Origin: Nanobdellota archaeon
Lineage (GTDB): Archaea; Nanobdellota; Nanobdellia; Pacearchaeales; GW2011-AR1
Length of the DNA: 64,000 nt
Direction of reading: 5' to 3'
NCBI GenBank assembly: GCA_038044405.1
Contig: JBBTAC010000002.1
Span: 58,547 to 122,546, forward strand
Shown: positions 26,496-36,255 of the stretch, one piece after another
Layout of the letters: the number at the start of each line of letters is the position of its first letter
How positions within the stretch are numbered: position 1 is the stretch's first letter
Translations under genes and position numbers: made by a program
The notes under the pieces: generated by a model
Databases searched by the model: none
Told to the model about the DNA's origin: nothing
The model's input: the letters and a program-made list of their open reading frames with translations, nothing else

Positions 26496-26746
26496 AAGAA
26501 CATAAAACATATGATGTATATTATGATGAAGAAGCTGACTTCTTGGAAGTATCTTTTGAAGAACCTGCAAAATCAGGAACAACAGAAGAGATACAAGAAG
26601 GAGTTTTTGTAACTAGAGATGCAGAAAATAAAAGAGTTGCGAACGTCGGAATTTTATCATTTAAGAAAAGAGTTGAACTTCTTAAAAAGGTTTTAATTTC
26701 CTTAAACAAAAGGCTTCCAATAGAAATAAGTATTGCTTCTAATTAA
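26492..26746 (+). CDS. DUF2283-like small protein
   Basis: YDVYYDEEADFLEVSF resembles the N-terminal DUF2283 pattern. Confidence 0.4.
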   Translation: MKEHKTYDVYYDEEADFLEVSFEEPAKSGTTEEIQEGVFVTRDAENKRVANVGILSFKKRVELLKKVLISLNKRLPIEISIASN

Positions 26747-26755
26747 TCTTGATTT

Positions 26756-27262
26756 TTATTCCCTTCTTGTCCTATACTTTTTTCTATCTACTTCCAATCT
26801 TTCATCTCTTATTTCTGAATCCTGCGCTGGAAAATTTTCCTTGATTTCTCCTTTGCCCATTATTCTTTGTTGAGGAGCTCTATTTTCAAATCTCATCACA
26901 GGCACACGAGAAGAATCTTCGGCATGAGAATACTCTCTTTTACTTTCTTCAAAATTCCTTCTTTCTTGATAACTTCGTTCTGCCCCAGCTTGCCCTCTAG
27001 GAGCATAAGTGATATTTCTTTCTTCAATTTTCTTTCTCTCCCTTGTTTCCTGCTGAATAGCTGTATCAGTTTCCGCTAAATCAGATTCAAGCACAATAGA
27101 TGGAGGTTTAAAGTTAACTCTAGATAAATCTTGTCTAAAAACTTGAACACTATGTTCTTCAGCTTCTTTAACATCCTCGACTAAATCAGATTCTCCTCTT
27201 TTTATCTCCTTGATAATTTTTATCTTAGATTTAATCTCTTTTACATTTTTTATTTTTGGCAT
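26756..27262 (-). CDS. Highly charged, probably disordered, R/E/K-rich protein
   Basis: Low-complexity charged composition. Sits between two larger co-oriented genes. Confidence 0.3.
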   Translation of the reverse strand: MPKIKNVKEIKSKIKIIKEIKRGESDLVEDVKEAEEHSVQVFRQDLSRVNFKPPSIVLESDLAETDTAIQQETRERKKIEERNITYAPRGQAGAERSYQERRNFEESKREYSHAEDSSRVPVMRFENRAPQQRIMGKGEIKENFPAQDSEIRDERLEVDRKKYRTRRE

Positions 27263-27300
27263 TATTATATAAAGCTCAAGAACTATATAAAATATACCGA

Positions 27301-28797
27301 TTAAGAAAAGCCAGGCATTTCATTAGCCCCCTTGAAAGAGCCGTATAATTTGCTGCAATCTACTCTAGCTCTTATTAAAGCCTGATTTCTCATAACTCTC
27401 TCTACATCTGTATCTTTTGAAATTCCCTTTCCATCATCTTTCTTTTTTTCCGTCTTAAAAATAGAGAACAATGCACTAAATGGATTAATATCATTAGATT
27501 CTTTTTTCTCTTCTTTTTTCTTATCATCTAAAAATTCATCCAAATCAAGTTGAATTGCCCCTAAACTTTCAGAAGTCGAGCCTTCCAGCAATTGCATCAA
27601 ATCTCCTAAATCATCTTTTTCAAGTTCTTGCTTGAAAATCTTAAGTTCTTCATCATTAAGTGCATAGCTTGTGAAGTCAATCTCAACTCGCCCTCTAAAG
27701 CCATATCCTCCTTGTTGAGTTCTCTCAGGAGCAGAACGATATTGAAATTCAACTATAACAAGCGGAATATATTTTCTTGTTTTAATCTTTTTAAAAGACT
27801 TAGGCAGTAATCCTATATTAACATCGTTCTCTATTTTATATTTACCAACTCCGAGAACAACTAATTCCAATAATGTCGTATTGAAAGCATTTACTAAAGA
27901 AGCAGTTGTTGTTGCCCTCTGTTCTAGCTGTTTTGCAGATTTTAAGTAGGGTTTTATCCATCTAGCATAAAGTTTAACAGAGCTAACTTGATTCTTCAAA
28001 TAAACTTTTTCGATTTCATATCTCTTTCTTAATTCTTGTTCAGATTCTTTTATCCATTTTTCAAATTCCGAAACTCTCTGCTCCAAAATTCTTCTAACTC
28101 TTTCATTCAAGTCTATTTTCTTAATATCGTCAAGAGAATTAGCAACCATAAATGCGTCAATTATCGTTACATAATCATATTGCACAGCCAATTGCTTCAA
28201 GCTAGTTGTTCCTCTTTTAGCAAAATCAACCTGATCAAGCCAGATTTGTTTTAAAGATAAAAGCCCAGCGTTTCTTAACCCCCTATCATTAGACTTTAAA
28301 TCGTCATAAGTAGAAAGTCTTATTTTAAATTCCTTTAAGTCATATATAATATTCAAAATAGATTTAACTATTGCCCCAGATGTTCCAAGCATTTTCATTG
28401 CCTCTTCCTGCATTCTTGTCGTCCTTTGGCCCATCTCTCCAAATTGTGCAGAACCTACTGAAGTAGTAAAATTATCAATGAGTTTTTCAGAATCTTCGTA
28501 TTCCTTATTTATATAATCAACAATCCAAAAATAAATTGGCTCTAATCCTTGTGAAAAATTATCATAAACAAGAGAATGTTTTTCTATAGGGTTTTTTATC
28601 CCATTCAATTTAAAGGGATTTGAAAGAAGGCGCTCGCTTTCCAAGTCCATATATTCCGAATTTCTAACTTCAGCTTTTTCAGCAGCAGCCAAGTAACCCC
28701 TTTCTTTAGCAACAGCTTTAACCTCTGATTTCTTTTCAGGGTCGCAAAATACATCCGGATTTATTGCCGCTATTAAATTATGAATATTAACTGCCAT
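27301..28797 (-). CDS. Hypothetical 498-aa protein with a C-terminal K/E/D-rich tail
   Basis: No recognisable motif. Heads a co-directional trio with 26756..27262 and 24269..26113. Confidence 0.35.
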   Translation of the reverse strand: MAVNIHNLIAAINPDVFCDPEKKSEVKAVAKERGYLAAAEKAEVRNSEYMDLESERLLSNPFKLNGIKNPIEKHSLVYDNFSQGLEPIYFWIVDYINKEYEDSEKLIDNFTTSVGSAQFGEMGQRTTRMQEEAMKMLGTSGAIVKSILNIIYDLKEFKIRLSTYDDLKSNDRGLRNAGLLSLKQIWLDQVDFAKRGTTSLKQLAVQYDYVTIIDAFMVANSLDDIKKIDLNERVRRILEQRVSEFEKWIKESEQELRKRYEIEKVYLKNQVSSVKLYARWIKPYLKSAKQLEQRATTTASLVNAFNTTLLELVVLGVGKYKIENDVNIGLLPKSFKKIKTRKYIPLVIVEFQYRSAPERTQQGGYGFRGRVEIDFTSYALNDEELKIFKQELEKDDLGDLMQLLEGSTSESLGAIQLDLDEFLDDKKKEEKKESNDINPFSALFSIFKTEKKKDDGKGISKDTDVERVMRNQALIRARVDCSKLYGSFKGANEMPGFS

Positions 28798-28887
28798 ATT
28801 ATCCTCTTTGCCTTTTCAAGAAATCCTTTTATTTAAATTTAAGCTAAAGGAGGTAAAATTTATTAATCCCTTATTCTTAAAGATAAT

Positions 28888-29148
28888 ATGAACAAAGCAT
28901 TCAAAATATTTGGCATGATATTTTTTGTGATGGGAATAATAGTTATTTTCAATTCATTTCAAGGAATAACAGGTTTTGCAATATCTGAAAATGTAGACAT
29001 AAATTCAGGTTTTATTGTAGGAGCGTGGTTTATTCTTACAGGAATACTATTGTTTGTTTACGTCAAGAAACCTGAAGTAAGCAGTTCCTCGACTATCCAA
29101 AAGTCCCAAGCAAAAACAAAAGATAAATCAGAGAGAAAAATAAAGTAA
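28888..29148 (+). CDS. Small membrane protein
   Basis: Two hydrophobic helices. Confidence 0.3.
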   Translation: MNKAFKIFGMIFFVMGIIVIFNSFQGITGFAISENVDINSGFIVGAWFILTGILLFVYVKKPEVSSSSTIQKSQAKTKDKSERKIK

Positions 29149-29149
29149 A

Positions 29150-29530
29150 ATGAGTTTATTTAGAAAAAGAACAGAAACAGTTGTTGATTTAACTGTTTTA
29201 CAAAAAAGTGGAACTCTGCAAAGAGCCAGGGCAATAGCAAAAAGAGATAATGCTCAAACAGTCGCATCAAATGAATTTATTGACTTAACAAATTCATCTC
29301 AATCAAATTCTTCAGCATCTCCTATCTCTTCAGCCAGTCCTAATTTAGATTTTTTATCATCTATCGCAGGAGCGTCAACAATAGAACCAATAAGAGAATC
29401 AGAGAATTCAGAAAATTCAAATGATAATGTGCATCATCTAAAAAATAAAATAGAAGATTTAGAGTATAAACTAGAAAGATTAATAGAAAGACTAGGAAAA
29501 GTAGAAGATAAATTATTAAAAGAAGACTAG
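29150..29530 (+). CDS. Hypothetical protein with an S-rich linker and a C-terminal coiled coil
   Basis: Start abuts the previous stop. C-terminal heptad-like region LEYKLERLIERLGKVEDKL. Confidence 0.3.
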   Translation: MSLFRKRTETVVDLTVLQKSGTLQRARAIAKRDNAQTVASNEFIDLTNSSQSNSSASPISSASPNLDFLSSIAGASTIEPIRESENSENSNDNVHHLKNKIEDLEYKLERLIERLGKVEDKLLKED

Positions 29531-29544
29531 TAAAGTCTATTTTA

Positions 29545-29615
29545 GGGCTTGTAGTCTAGTGGCAAAACGTCTCTTTCACGTGGAGAAGCTCGAGGTTCGA
29601 TTCCTCGCAGGCCCA
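29545..29615 (+). tRNA. tRNA-Val(CAC)
   Basis: Acceptor GGGCTTG/CAGGCCC. Anticodon arm TCTCT-ttCACgt-GGAGA. T-arm CGAGG-TTCGATT-CCTCG. Confidence 0.7.
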
Positions 29616-29870
29616 TTAATTTAAATTATCAAAAAAAGACAAACCTCTATAATTCAAAGCTTGTTTAATATCTATAATAGGCATATCTAAAATCATATTG
29701 CATTCTCTATCGCCTAATTTTCCAGTCCTTATTTCTCTCTGCAAATATCTGCATAATTCGCTAACATACCAATGCGGTGAAAGTGGATGCGCATCTTTAA
29801 ATTCTTCAGGAACAGCTTTAATCACATCATCAAGTTTCCTTATTGTATCATTATTCATATTTTTACGCAT
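29616..29870 (-). CDS. Hypothetical small protein
   Basis: 84-aa ORF ending immediately 3' of the tRNA. Confidence 0.25.
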   Translation of the reverse strand: MRKNMNNDTIRKLDDVIKAVPEEFKDAHPLSPHWYVSELCRYLQREIRTGKLGDRECNMILDMPIIDIKQALNYRGLSFFDNLN

Positions 29871-29933
29871 AATGTAGGCAATATAAACCTTTCGAGTGAG
29901 AAGACTTAAATAACATAATTAACTTATTAAAAT

Positions 29934-31595
29934 ATGGCAAAATTCTCAAATGAAATCAAAGCATACGCATTAAAAAACGTATTAGAGTTTGACAAAACAG
30001 ATGCTGGCAAAATTCTGCCAAAATTATTTCAGCATGGTTTGCAAAAAGAAGAAATAAAAGAGATTATGCCTGAAATTCAAAAAATTGTAAAAGAAGTTAA
30101 TCATATTTCAAAAGAACAAAGAGAAAAATTATTTTTAGAATATAAAAAGTTCATGAAAGAGCATGAAGAAAAAGAAAAGGGTCTTCCAGAGCTTCCATCA
30201 AGTCATAAAAAAGTAGTTTTAAGGATAGCACCATTCCCATCAGGCGCCCTTCATATAGGTAACGCAAAAACATTTGTCCTTAATGCCCTATATGCTGAAA
30301 AATATAAAGGCGAATTGATTTTAGTTATGGATGATACAATTGGCAGTGCAGAAAAAACAGTAGAAGAAGAATCGTATAAATTAATTAAAGACGCTCTAGA
30401 CTGGCTAAAAATAAATTATTCAAAAACGCTCTACAAGTCAGATAGATTGAAAACATATTACAAATATGCAGAACAATTAATTAAAAAAGATAAGGCATAT
30501 GTTTGTCATTGTTCTCAGCCAGAATTAAAAGAAAATAGGGAGAAAGGAACAGAATGCGGTTGTAGGCAATTACCGTCGAATTTACAGCTAAAAAGATGGA
30601 AAGAAATGTTCAAGCTCAAAGAAGGCAAGGCAACATTAAGAATTAAAACAAATATGATGCATCCAAATCCCGCATTTAGAGACAGAGTTTTATTTAAAAT
30701 ATCCGACAGGAAACATCCAAGAGTCGGAAACAAGTATAGAGTATGGCCGACATTAGAGATGAGCTGGGCAATAGATGATCATGTTCTTGGTATAACTCAC
30801 ATAATTCGAGGCAACGACTTAACAATTGAAAGTGAAATGGAAAAATATATTTGGGACATATTTAACTGGTCTCATCCAGTAATAATTCATACAGGACTAA
30901 TTAGAATAGAAGGAATTGAAGGCGCAAAAGTCTCAAAATCAAAATCTCAGCAAGAAATTAAATCAGGACAGTTTACTGGCTGGGACGACCCAAGAACCTG
31001 GAGCATTCAAAGTCTTGCAAGGCGCGGTATAAAACCAGAAGCAATTAGAGATTTTATAGAATCAATTGGTTTGAATAAGCAGGACATAACAGTCCCTATA
31101 GATGCACTTTATTCAATCAATCGTTCAATAATAGATTCAAAAGCAGACAGATATTCTTTTATCGAAGACCCAATTAAATTAAATATTACAAAAAAACCAG
31201 ACTGGAAAACAATAGAAATTCCAAAACATCCTGATAAAAATGAAAAACGTATAATAGAATTAAATGATATTTTTATTTCAAAAAAAGATTATGATGCGCT
31301 TAAAGGAAAAGAAATAAGATTATTGCATCTATATAATATTGAGTTAAATAAAGAAGGCAAAGTTACATCAATAGATAATAAAAACATACAAAAAATAAAC
31401 TGGATTTCAAATTATGTTAAAGCAAAAATACTTCTTTCCGATGGAAAATGGCTCGAAGGCATTGTAGATGAAGGAGTAAAAAATCTTAAGAAAAATGAAC
31501 TCATTCAATTTGAAAGATTTGGTTTCGTAAAATTCGATTCAGTAAAAAAATTAAATAATGAAGATGTTTATGAATTTTGGTTTGCGCACAAATAA
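29934..31595 (+). CDS. gltX: Glutamyl-tRNA synthetase (archaeal/eukaryotic-type class I)
   Basis: PFPSGALHIGNAKT gives the HIGH motif. VSKSKS gives the KMSKS motif. 553 aa. Confidence 0.75.
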   Translation: MAKFSNEIKAYALKNVLEFDKTDAGKILPKLFQHGLQKEEIKEIMPEIQKIVKEVNHISKEQREKLFLEYKKFMKEHEEKEKGLPELPSSHKKVVLRIAPFPSGALHIGNAKTFVLNALYAEKYKGELILVMDDTIGSAEKTVEEESYKLIKDALDWLKINYSKTLYKSDRLKTYYKYAEQLIKKDKAYVCHCSQPELKENREKGTECGCRQLPSNLQLKRWKEMFKLKEGKATLRIKTNMMHPNPAFRDRVLFKISDRKHPRVGNKYRVWPTLEMSWAIDDHVLGITHIIRGNDLTIESEMEKYIWDIFNWSHPVIIHTGLIRIEGIEGAKVSKSKSQQEIKSGQFTGWDDPRTWSIQSLARRGIKPEAIRDFIESIGLNKQDITVPIDALYSINRSIIDSKADRYSFIEDPIKLNITKKPDWKTIEIPKHPDKNEKRIIELNDIFISKKDYDALKGKEIRLLHLYNIELNKEGKVTSIDNKNIQKINWISNYVKAKILLSDGKWLEGIVDEGVKNLKKNELIQFERFGFVKFDSVKKLNNEDVYEFWFAHK

Positions 31596-31626
31596 CCGAA
31601 AGATTTATAAATAAAAAGAATTTAGT

Positions 31627-32112
31627 ATGAATATGTTTGGAAAAAAAAGAGGTTTGAGTGATGTCGTTACAGTCACATTGATTATTCTGCTTGCAATCTC
31701 AGCAGTTGTTATTGTTTGGGTTTTTGTTCGTTCAACATTATTAAAAGTCGGCGGACAAGTTGAAGGCGGACAATGTGTTTCAATTGATTTAACACCATTA
31801 AGTTGCAATTCTATATCAAACAATACAGTGATAGCTAATGGCCCTGGAGATACAACAGTTACAAAGGTCAAGATTATTTATTACGCATCTGCAGCAGCCG
31901 ACGCAGTATCTGAAACAAGAGATGGTAACTGTATATTAGAGCCATTATCTCAAAAGAGTTGTGCGCCAGTAGACCCTGATGGAACAGGACCACAAATGGC
32001 TGGTCCAGATCTTAACGGAGCAACAGCAGGTACAGGAATATTTAGAGTAGCAGTTGCTGCAACAGTTGGAGAATCAGTATGCACAATATCTGAATCAGTA
32101 ATCTGCACTTAA
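31627..32112 (+). CDS. Archaeal type IV pilin-like protein with a class III signal peptide
   Basis: MNMFGKKRG|LSDVVTVTLIILLAISAVVIV has a basic-G cleavage motif followed by a hydrophobic helix. The C-terminal domain has Cys residues. Confidence 0.45.
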   Translation: MNMFGKKRGLSDVVTVTLIILLAISAVVIVWVFVRSTLLKVGGQVEGGQCVSIDLTPLSCNSISNNTVIANGPGDTTVTKVKIIYYASAAADAVSETRDGNCILEPLSQKSCAPVDPDGTGPQMAGPDLNGATAGTGIFRVAVAATVGESVCTISESVICT

Positions 32113-32155
32113 TTTTTTATTTTTCTTTTAGTTATTAATTTATTTTATTACCAAC

Positions 32156-32692
32156 ATGATAGAAGTAGAAGCAAAAATCAAAGTATCTAATCCTGAGGTA
32201 TTCAGGAAGAATATCAAGAAGTTAGCCAAGTTCATAGGTAAAGAAAACAAGATAGATTCTTACTATACTCTGGAGAATGCAAGAAATTACCCTGGTAAGA
32301 GCCTTAGAATAAGGAAAAGAAAAGGTCTTTACGAGATTAACTTTAAACAAAGATTGTCCTATATTAAAGGCGTCCATGCAAAAAATGAGCATGAATTCCA
32401 GATAAAGAATATAACTCCATTTTTAGATTTAATAAAAGAATTCGGCTTTAAGAAATGGCTAATTAAAGAGAAAATTAGTGAAGTCTATAAAATAAACAAT
32501 AATTTCCATATAGAGCTTAATCTCGTTAAACACCTTGGTTGGTTTATTGAAATAGAGTATTTAACAGATTACAAAGGCATTCCAAACGCAAGAAATAAGG
32601 TTCTAGATATAATTAACAAGTTGGGCATTAATAATAATGATATAGTAAAAGAAGGCTATACAAAATTATTATGGGTATCAAAAAGTTCTTGA
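32156..32692 (+). CDS. CYTH-domain protein (CyaB/thiamine-triphosphatase-like)
   Basis: N-terminal MIEVEAKIKV gives the ExExK signature of CYTH. Confidence 0.5.
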   Translation: MIEVEAKIKVSNPEVFRKNIKKLAKFIGKENKIDSYYTLENARNYPGKSLRIRKRKGLYEINFKQRLSYIKGVHAKNEHEFQIKNITPFLDLIKEFGFKKWLIKEKISEVYKINNNFHIELNLVKHLGWFIEIEYLTDYKGIPNARNKVLDIINKLGINNNDIVKEGYTKLLWVSKSS

Positions 32693-32702
32693 ATGCTTTG
32701 TT

Positions 32703-32821
32703 GGGCTTTTGGATGCAAGAAAATTCCTGCTGAATTTATGGAATTTTCTGCACAGAAATTTTCAACTTTCAGAAAATTTCTTGTGCTCAAGATGCAACGA
32801 AAAGTAAAAAGCATCTTGACA
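32703..32821. repeat. Structured ~115-nt intergenic element, copy 2. Inverted relative to 14520..14632.
   Basis: Reverse complement matches 14521-14630 with about 5 mismatches per 80 nt, plus a shared cttgcatccaaaag tail. Confidence 0.6.
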
Positions 32822-33067
32822 GAAAGGAAATTAAGCCTTTAGATATATTAATACAAATAAAATGTTAAGAGCGAAAATTGATGAGATTGCTGAAATAATT
32901 AGGATTACAGAAAAATCAAAGGCAACTGAGAAAGATGCAGAAGAATTAACAAATGAAATAAAAGAAGCTGTTTGGAAACATTATAGATGAAGTAGGCTCG
33001 ATATGACATAATCATACGGGACAGTTATTAACAATATTATAATTTCCTATCTTTAAAAATCCTTCGG

Positions 33068-33814
33068 TTATTTCTTCGAAATACTTTTCTTCTTATAATC
33101 TTTAGAATCTTTCTCTACAATTTTAGCCGGTTTTGCTGTCTTTTTACCTTTATCAACAGCTTCTTTTAATCTCTCTTTCTCCTTCTTTATTGCTTCTTCA
33201 AGCCTATTGAGCTTATCCATTTCTTCTTCTGGATTTTCTTTCTCTTCAGCATCTTCTTCAACCACTATCTGATTGCCTTGACCGCCTTGCTGTGCCTTCT
33301 GTTGAGCTTGAAGTTGATCCATAGGTAGCTTCTTCATTATCTCTGAAAATGAAATCTTTTCCATTTTAAGAACACTCTGTGAAGAATCTTCGATGTGCGC
33401 TCTCAAAATACCCATTCCTGAAAGAACACAATTAACATTCCATATCTTCTTTCCTTTTATATTTTGAATAACTGCTATAATCTTCTTTATTTCTTCAGTC
33501 ATGTTCCTGTTTTTCATTTCATCTTCTATAATACCATGAAGTGCATCAAGGTCTATTTTCGTCTCCATATTCAACTTCTCAGGCACTTTATCGCCCATAG
33601 TATCAACAATCTGAACATTAACTGCTTCATCTAGACTGAAAGCTGCAAATTTCTTTTCAGTTGGCAAATAGAAATCTATTTGATGCACATTCTTTCCAGA
33701 TTCTAAATCAAGAACAAAAAATCCTGCAACTAAAAAAGCATCTTTGTATTTCTTACTAAACTGTTTATATTCATTAGAACCGTATAATTTTTCTACGTAT
33801 GGTTGAACTTTCAT
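33068..33814 (-). CDS. Hypothetical protein with a Q/K/E-rich C-terminal tail
   Basis: 248-aa ORF. Confidence 0.3.
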   Translation of the reverse strand: MKVQPYVEKLYGSNEYKQFSKKYKDAFLVAGFFVLDLESGKNVHQIDFYLPTEKKFAAFSLDEAVNVQIVDTMGDKVPEKLNMETKIDLDALHGIIEDEMKNRNMTEEIKKIIAVIQNIKGKKIWNVNCVLSGMGILRAHIEDSSQSVLKMEKISFSEIMKKLPMDQLQAQQKAQQGGQGNQIVVEEDAEEKENPEEEMDKLNRLEEAIKKEKERLKEAVDKGKKTAKPAKIVEKDSKDYKKKSISKK

Positions 33815-33940
33815 TTTGTCTCTCTTATGTAATTATTAAATAACCAGGGTTTATAAGATTTGTGTTGCAAATCTTATACTGAAATAAGAGTGTTTATTTA
33901 TAAGTTTTTAGTTTGTTAATTATCAAGAAGAGCTGTTTAA

Positions 33941-34405
33941 TTATTTCTTTCTTCTAAAAATTAATTTACCATATTTATAACATTCAGCAAATAATTCACT
34001 AATAATATATCTAGACATTAGAGTTGTTGTAACAAATAACATTCCTGCACTGACTAAATCTGTGCCATCGTAAATTGTCTTTTCTATAAACTTAGTTGCT
34101 AACAAAACAGCAGGAATCATAGTTGCATCAGTAAGAATATTACTTCCTGTAGATGTATTTGCATGTCCCATTTCATGTAACAAATTCTTTGCTATTTTGT
34201 CTATCTTACCAGAATAAGGCATAGATATTTCTTTTTTATCTTTATAATAAACCCCACCCATAGCTCTTGATTCCAAATCAAATTTAACTGATATGCATGC
34301 GCCAAACCAAGTTTTACATGTAGAACTAAATGGATCATAATTTATTTTTATTCCTTCCCTGCTATAGTAATCAGCAATTTCACATGCTAAGCCCATAGTT
34401 TTCAA
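33941..34405 (-). CDS. Small putative HExxH metallopeptidase-like protein
   Basis: LLHEMGHA motif. Confidence 0.3.
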   Translation of the reverse strand: MKTMGLACEIADYYSREGIKINYDPFSSTCKTWFGACISVKFDLESRAMGGVYYKDKKEISMPYSGKIDKIAKNLLHEMGHANTSTGSNILTDATMIPAVLLATKFIEKTIYDGTDLVSAGMLFVTTTLMSRYIISELFAECYKYGKLIFRRKK

Positions 34406-34440
34406 GCTTAAAATTACTTTAAAAATCTTCCTATAAGTTT

Positions 34441-36147
34441 TCAGATTCTTCGATCTATTTTTTCCCCAAGCTCTTTAACAAATTTATCCATCTTAATTCC
34501 AAACTCCGGCTTCTTTCCTCTCTCGCGAACAGCAAGTGTATTTGCCTTTTCTTCTTTATCCCCTATAACAATTATATATGGAATTTTCATAACTTCAGCA
34601 TCTCTAATCTTTTCATTTACAGTTGTATTTCTAAAATCAGAATCAATTCTTAAATTAGGAATATGTTTCTTAAATTCAGAAATAACTTTTTCAGCGCTCT
34701 TCATATTTCTATCTGTAAAATTAATTATTCTTGCTTGAACAGGAGATAGCCAAGTCGGTAAATTGCCATTTAAATGCTCTAATAAAACTCCCATAAATCT
34801 TTCAACAGCGCCCAAAATAGCGCGATGTATTACAAAAGGCGTTTTCTCTTTATTATCATTATCTACATAAGTTATTTCAAATCTCTTAGGCATCTGCATA
34901 TCAAGCTGTATAGTCGCACACTGCCACAATCTATCAAGAGAGTCTTTAATTTGAATATCTATCTTAGGTCCGTAAAATGCTCCTGCCCCTTTATTTATTT
35001 TATATTTTACTTTAGACTTTTTTAATTGCTCTTCAAGCATTCTCTCTGCATCATCCCAGTCTTTTTTATCACCCATAGATTTTTCAGGTTTAGTAGACAA
35101 TTCCAGAAAATAATCAAAATTAAATTTATCTTTATAAATTATCTTGACCATCTTCAATATATTTTCAATCTCTTCCCCTATCTGTTCTTTAGTGCAGAAT
35201 ATGTGCGCATCATCTTGAGTAAACTGAATAAGCCTAAATAAACCAGCCAATACTCCAGAAAGTTCTCTTCTATGGTCTATTCCAAATTCAGCGAATCTTA
35301 AAGGCAAGTCCTTATAACTTCTAGTCTTTGTCTTGTAAATAAGCATTGCTCCAGGACAATTCATAGGTTTTACACCAAAATCTCTTTCCTCATATTTTGT
35401 CAACAGCATATTATTCCTATAATGCCCCCAATGTCCAGAAACCTTAAACAATTTACTGTCTAAGATTTGAGGCGTAGCTATTTCTTTATATTCAAAATCT
35501 CTAAGAAGTTCTTTAAGAAATCCTTTTAATTCATTAAATATTATTAATCCATTGTTATGCCAGAATATAGAACCAGAAGCAACGTCATTAAAACTGAATA
35601 AATCTAATTTCTGTCCAAGAATTCTATGGTCATTATCTTTTAATTTCGAAGTATCAAGTTTTGTCCTAGATATCTCTTTTAACAATTTAGAAATATCATA
35701 ATCCTCTGTATCTTCAATAATTTTTCCAGCATTATCAGTTCTAAACTCTTTTGACAATTCAGCTAAAGGATGACCCTTGCATTTCAATTCAAATTCCTTG
35801 TAATGTCCAAATGGAGCTCTTGTAACATTAAAACCCTCTGCACGAAGGCAATTTTCTGCTTCAGATAAATACTCTAAGGCAGTATCAGGATGCGCAAGAT
35901 TCGAAGATAAATGAGCATACGGATAAAGAACAATATCATGCGCCTTAACTTCTTTAGCAGTTTTCTTAATAGATTCTATAAGCTCTTTTACAGTGCCATG
36001 ATCATCTCCTTTTTCAACAGCAGTAAGCACAACAAGAGGCTCTTTTATTTCCTGCTGTTCTTTTGACTTTAGCTCTTCCGCATTCTTTATAGCTTTCTTT
36101 AAGGGCTTAAATCTTATATAATCGCAATGTAACGTTATAATTCTCAT
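34441..36147 (-). CDS. thrS: Threonyl-tRNA synthetase, archaeal type
   Basis: Class II motif 2 FRRELSGVLAGLFRLIQFTQDDAHIFC. Archaeal-style N-terminal domain. C-terminal anticodon-binding domain. Confidence 0.85.
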   Translation of the reverse strand: MRIITLHCDYIRFKPLKKAIKNAEELKSKEQQEIKEPLVVLTAVEKGDDHGTVKELIESIKKTAKEVKAHDIVLYPYAHLSSNLAHPDTALEYLSEAENCLRAEGFNVTRAPFGHYKEFELKCKGHPLAELSKEFRTDNAGKIIEDTEDYDISKLLKEISRTKLDTSKLKDNDHRILGQKLDLFSFNDVASGSIFWHNNGLIIFNELKGFLKELLRDFEYKEIATPQILDSKLFKVSGHWGHYRNNMLLTKYEERDFGVKPMNCPGAMLIYKTKTRSYKDLPLRFAEFGIDHRRELSGVLAGLFRLIQFTQDDAHIFCTKEQIGEEIENILKMVKIIYKDKFNFDYFLELSTKPEKSMGDKKDWDDAERMLEEQLKKSKVKYKINKGAGAFYGPKIDIQIKDSLDRLWQCATIQLDMQMPKRFEITYVDNDNKEKTPFVIHRAILGAVERFMGVLLEHLNGNLPTWLSPVQARIINFTDRNMKSAEKVISEFKKHIPNLRIDSDFRNTTVNEKIRDAEVMKIPYIIVIGDKEEKANTLAVRERGKKPEFGIKMDKFVKELGEKIDRRI

Positions 36148-36255
36148 TTTACTATTCGGAAAATAAGCCAGAATGATTTATAAAAGTATCTTTAAATGAG
36201 AGTGTTAAGTTTTCGTGGCTTGGATAAGTGTGTTAAGAGGCGTGGCTTTTTAATC

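Noticed and set aside
14520-32821. The inverted-repeat pair as terminal inverted repeats of an 18-kb mobile element
   Set aside because: The enclosed DNA is core housekeeping content (ribosomal proteins, ppsA, gltX, a tRNA) with no transposase or integrase. A dispersed structured repeat or ncRNA family is more plausible, although repeat-mediated inversion remains possible.
34825-35241. Plus-strand ORFs 34825..35025 and 35026..35241 inside thrS
   Set aside because: Antisense to a conserved aminoacyl-tRNA synthetase gene
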